DNA of 64,000 nucleotides. Source: Azolla caroliniana (Eukaryota; Plantae; Polypodiophyta). Where the stretch lies: NCBI GenBank assembly GCA_043228905.1, contig JBHGNT010000021.1, forward strand, positions 8,928,001-8,992,000. Reading direction: 5' to 3'. The notes beneath the pieces are model-generated. The model saw only the letters and a program-made list of their open reading frames with translations, searched no databases and was not told where the DNA came from. Below are positions 60,301-64,000 of the stretch, piece by piece (the first letter of the stretch is position 1; the number at the start of each line of letters is the position of its first letter). Position numbers and translations under genes: made by a program.

Positions 60301-63300
60301 GGAAAAATATAATTACCTTCCGGCGAGGAAAAGCCAAGGTACGTGTACCAACACAGCCAAGGACGAGCATTGGCAAGGAATGTACACGCAGAGTGCGTCA
60401 ACATGCTAGAAGGGTTAGCTGACGAAGAAGAAGCTCAGTACTTGCAGGAAAACCCGAAGATCGTACCCCTCTTCGAAATTGACATTGTCAAAGCAGTAGC
60501 ACCATACTTACCGCAGCTGGAAGAGACTGAAGCAAAACCGGATAAGGATGCAATCCGAGAGTTACGGCAAGCGCAAGAAGCGTTGGAACGGGAAATGGCC
60601 ATTTCACAGCGCATAAAAGCGTCGCAACTTGAAGAGGTGAACCTAGGGACCACGAACGAAGCAAAACCGGTGCACATCGCCAAAGAGATGAAGTCTGAAG
60701 ACAAAACGACGATGATCACACTTCTCATGGAATTTCGCGACGTGTTTGCCTGGTCATACGAAGACATCCGAGGGCTCGACCCTCAGTTATACCAGCATCA
60801 GATTCACTTGAGCAAGGACGCAAAACCAGTGGCACAAAGACGGTACCGGATGAATCCCAATTATGCCGCCAAAGTCAAGGAGGAAATCGACAAACTGCTA
60901 AGAGTTGGCTTTATCCGTCCGGTAAAGAAAGCGACATGGCTGAGCCCGATCGTAGTCGTACCGAAGAAGAACGGAAAATTTTGAGTTTGTGTGGACTACC
61001 GGAAACTTAATGCGGCTACGATAACAGATGCGTTTCCACTTCTGTTCACAGATGGAGTGTTGGATGCCGTCGCCGGCCATGAGGTCTATAGCTTTCTAGA
61101 TGGATTCAGCGGGTATAATCAGATCCGGATGCACCCCGACGACCAAGAGAAAACGGCTTTCGTCACCAAATGGGGGGTGTTTGTGGCCATGGTGATGATG
61201 TTCGGACTCAAAACAACACCGGCAACATTCCAACGAATCATCATGGAAATCTTTGGTGAATATATCCCGGCTTTTATGCAGGTTTTCCTTGACGATTTCG
61301 CCGTCTATAGCCGGGAAGAGGATCATTTGCAACACCTCCGTCTTTGTCTAGAAAAGAGTAGAGCGTACCGGCTAAGCTTGAATCCGGCGAAGTGTGTATT
61401 TGGTGTGTCCAGTGGAACCCTACTAGGACATATTGTGAGCAAGGAAGGCATTGCAGTCGACCCGGACAAAGTGAAAGCCATATTAGAAGCACCGGCGCCG
61501 GCAACGGCAAAGGCATTGAGCCAGTTCTTAGGCCAGATCCGGTGGCACAGCCGGATGCTCCGATACTTGGCCGACCTGGCTACACCGTTGTATGCCACGG
61601 TACATCGAACACCATTCCAGTGGACCGACACCGAGGATAGGGCGTATAGGGCCCTCAAGGTACTATTGTCGCAAGCACCGGTAGTGCAGCCTCCGGATTG
61701 GAGTAAAGAATTTCATGTGTTCGTGGACGCCTCTGACATCGCAATCGAAAGCGCACTGATGCAACTTACGGAGCCAAAGTGGTACCGGCCAGTGTACTAT
61801 GCCAGCCGAAAGCTATCCCAAGCGGAACGGAACTACTCTACCACGGAACGGGAAGCCCTAGGGATGATCTACAATGTGACAAAGTTTCGGCATTATTTAT
61901 TGGGAAGGAAGTTTTCCTTCCATGTAGATCATTCGGCACTCCTCTACCTGGTGTCCAAGGCGTCACTCACTAGTAAGTTGGCCTGGTGGACCTTACTGTT
62001 ACAGGAATTCGAGTTCGAAATATTCCACCGACCCGGTATACAACATGCCGTAGCAGATTATTTAAGCCGATTAGAGTCCGGAGAGACGAGCGACGGAGTA
62101 GCAGACGAGTTTCCGGATGCGGAGCTGTTTTGAGTCACTACGGAAACGGCAGCAGATGAAGCGGTGGCATAGGAAGACAAGTGGCTCACAAATATGCACC
62201 AGTTTCTGAGCACAGGACTGCCTCCGGAGGAGATGAACCAGGACGAAAGGAAACGCCTGGTGGTGCAAAGCCGACATTTCTGCTTACTGCGAGACACTTT
62301 ACCACAAGGGCGCGGACGACATATGGAGACGGGTTGTGCGCAATGATGAAAAGGACCTCATACTGAGGGAAGCCCATTGCGGAGTTGCCGAAGATGCGAC
62401 GGCCAGGAAAATATGGCAAAGTGGCCTATGGTGGCCAACTACATTAAGAGATGTTGTACAGTACGCAAAAGAATGTGACCTATGCCAGCGAATGGGCCAG
62501 CCAACAGAGCAAGCTCGGATGCCACACCAGCTTGTACTACCACTCGAACCATTCCAGAAGTGGGGGCTGGACTTTGTTGGACCGTTCAAACCACCGGCAA
62601 TGAGAACAGGTAATCGGTACATCATCGTCGCGACGGATTACTGCACGAAATGGGTGGAGGCCAAAGCCTTAAGAGACAACACCGCTGCGTCAACGGCAAA
62701 ATTTCTATACGAATACATCTGGTGCCGTTACGGATGCCCAATCGAATTAATAAGCGACCAAGGGGGGCACTTTCTCGGCCAAGTAGTTGAAAGCCTAACG
62801 ACATTCTATGTCGTTGTCCATAAATGGAGCACACCGTACTATCCGCAAGCAAACAGGTTAGCTGAGTCGACGAACAAAACGCTCCAGAATATCCTTCAAA
62901 AGATCGTCAACGAAAACCGAACGGATTGGGATACCAAGCTACATAGCGCGCTTTGGGCATACCGGACAGCATACAAAACGAGCATCCGAACAACACCGTT
63001 CCGGTTAGCGTTCGGACTAGATGCGGTCATGCTGGTGGAATTCCAAGTACCAAGCTTACGAATCCAGCTACGGGAACGACTGAACGAGAAGGAGTCGGAG
63101 GCAATACGGTTAACAGCGTTGTGTGAACTCGAGGAACAACAACTAGCAAGCATCTTGCACTTAGAATTGGAACAACAGCGACGGAAAGCATTTGTCGACC
63201 GACACACGAAAGGAAATGAAAAAATGTTCGAAATCGGCAAGCCGGTGTTAGTATTTCAGACCCGGATGGGCAAGATTCCGGGTAAACTATGGTTTAGATG

Positions 63301-64000
63301 GACCGGCCCGTATTGGCTGACATGTGAGTATAATGGGTCCTACCAGTTAGGGACACTTGCCGGCGAAGTGCTAGGCAAATGGGTCAATGGATTCAGATTG
63401 AAGCCATATAGAGGACCGATGCCCAAGAACCCATTTGAGCAAAGGACCGACACCGGATTGGGAACCGGTGCGGAAACGGCAACCTGTGAGGGAAACGGCA
63501 ACCACCAAGACGGAGGAGACGGCAAGCTGGTAACTGGGGAGAATGAGGCGATGGCAAACCGTAATGAGGCTGGTAAGGGTCCGATAGGACCAACGGACAA
63601 GTAACCTCACACTACATTTTATCAAAAAAAAGAAAAAAAGCGAAGTAATCATGCAAAAGCGAGGTATGAACGGACAAGAGAGTGAGGAGCGAAAAGGTAC
63701 GTAGTGGGCATTTAAGTGCCACCACAGGACATAATGCTATTTTAGGACACGACCTGCACACGCTCGAAAAAGGCGCCAGAATGAACAGAGAAAAACCACA
63801 GTGCATGGAGACCTTCTCATTTCGCGAACCCAAGAGCACAGAAGCACCAAGGCTTTGGCAGATCACCAGACGAGAACCTACGCACAGAGAACCCCCGCTT
63901 TCTGAACTCTCTCTCTCTCACTCTCACTCTCATCACCATCCAACCTCGCCACCACAATCCAACCTCGACACAGACATGGACCCGCAAACGCTAACGGAAG
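57388..64000 (+). mobile_element. Element G: decayed Athila/Tat-group Ty3 element, 3' end outside the window
   Basis: LTR-like 57388-~57820 (TGTTAC..TTAACA, TATTTAAA); PBS TGGCGACCAC at 57828 (tRNA-Arg-like); gag with CCHC knuckles; FLDGFSGYNQ, FLDD, FVDASD, WGLDFVGP, WTGPY; many stops; no extra RNase H. Confidence 0.88.

Noticed and set aside
63604-64000. env-like or extra ORF downstream of element G integrase (ATG at ~63976)
   Set aside because: Only a few codons lie inside the window, so it cannot be assessed.

Overview
This is eukaryotic, almost certainly plant (by element types probably a seed-free plant such as a fern, lycophyte or bryophyte; inference) heterochromatin-like DNA made almost entirely of nested retrotransposons. 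I see no host gene, rRNA, true tRNA or CRISPR array. Left part: an old, decayed ~7-kb Ty3 chromovirus (LTRs 1500-1955 and 36760-37207) has been expanded to 35.7 kb by six insertions: gag-only element A (2320-6102), intact Ty3 element B (6308-13609), rearranged non-autonomous element E (14034-17799), a copia solo LTR (17863-18550), decayed copia D (20696-26896, itself carrying a solo LTR) and intact Ty3 element F with an extra RNase H (27100-34064). Right part: a LINE RT remnant split by a solo LTR and by intact copia C (38204-43672), then decayed copia H, a truncated A-family copy, a Tcn1-like chromovirus fragment carrying rearranged element I (51062-55506), another copia fragment and decayed Ty3 element G running off the window. 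The most notable system is a tRNA-Trp-primed Ty3 lineage (A, B, the solo LTR at 37.4 kb, the 48.5-kb copy and I). All five insertions sit at a YACGN site (four show the 4-bp duplication on both sides). The autonomous member has a -1 frameshift signal (G_GAT_TTT plus H-type pseudoknot) between protease and RT. Covarying RNA stems lie at the PBS and PPT, and the gag-only satellites carry a GW-rich tail and a tRNA-type Pol III A/B-box module inside the LTR. Two unrelated non-autonomous elements also carry 0.5-kb and 1.1-kb LTR hairpins. All coordinates and difference counts were read by eye.
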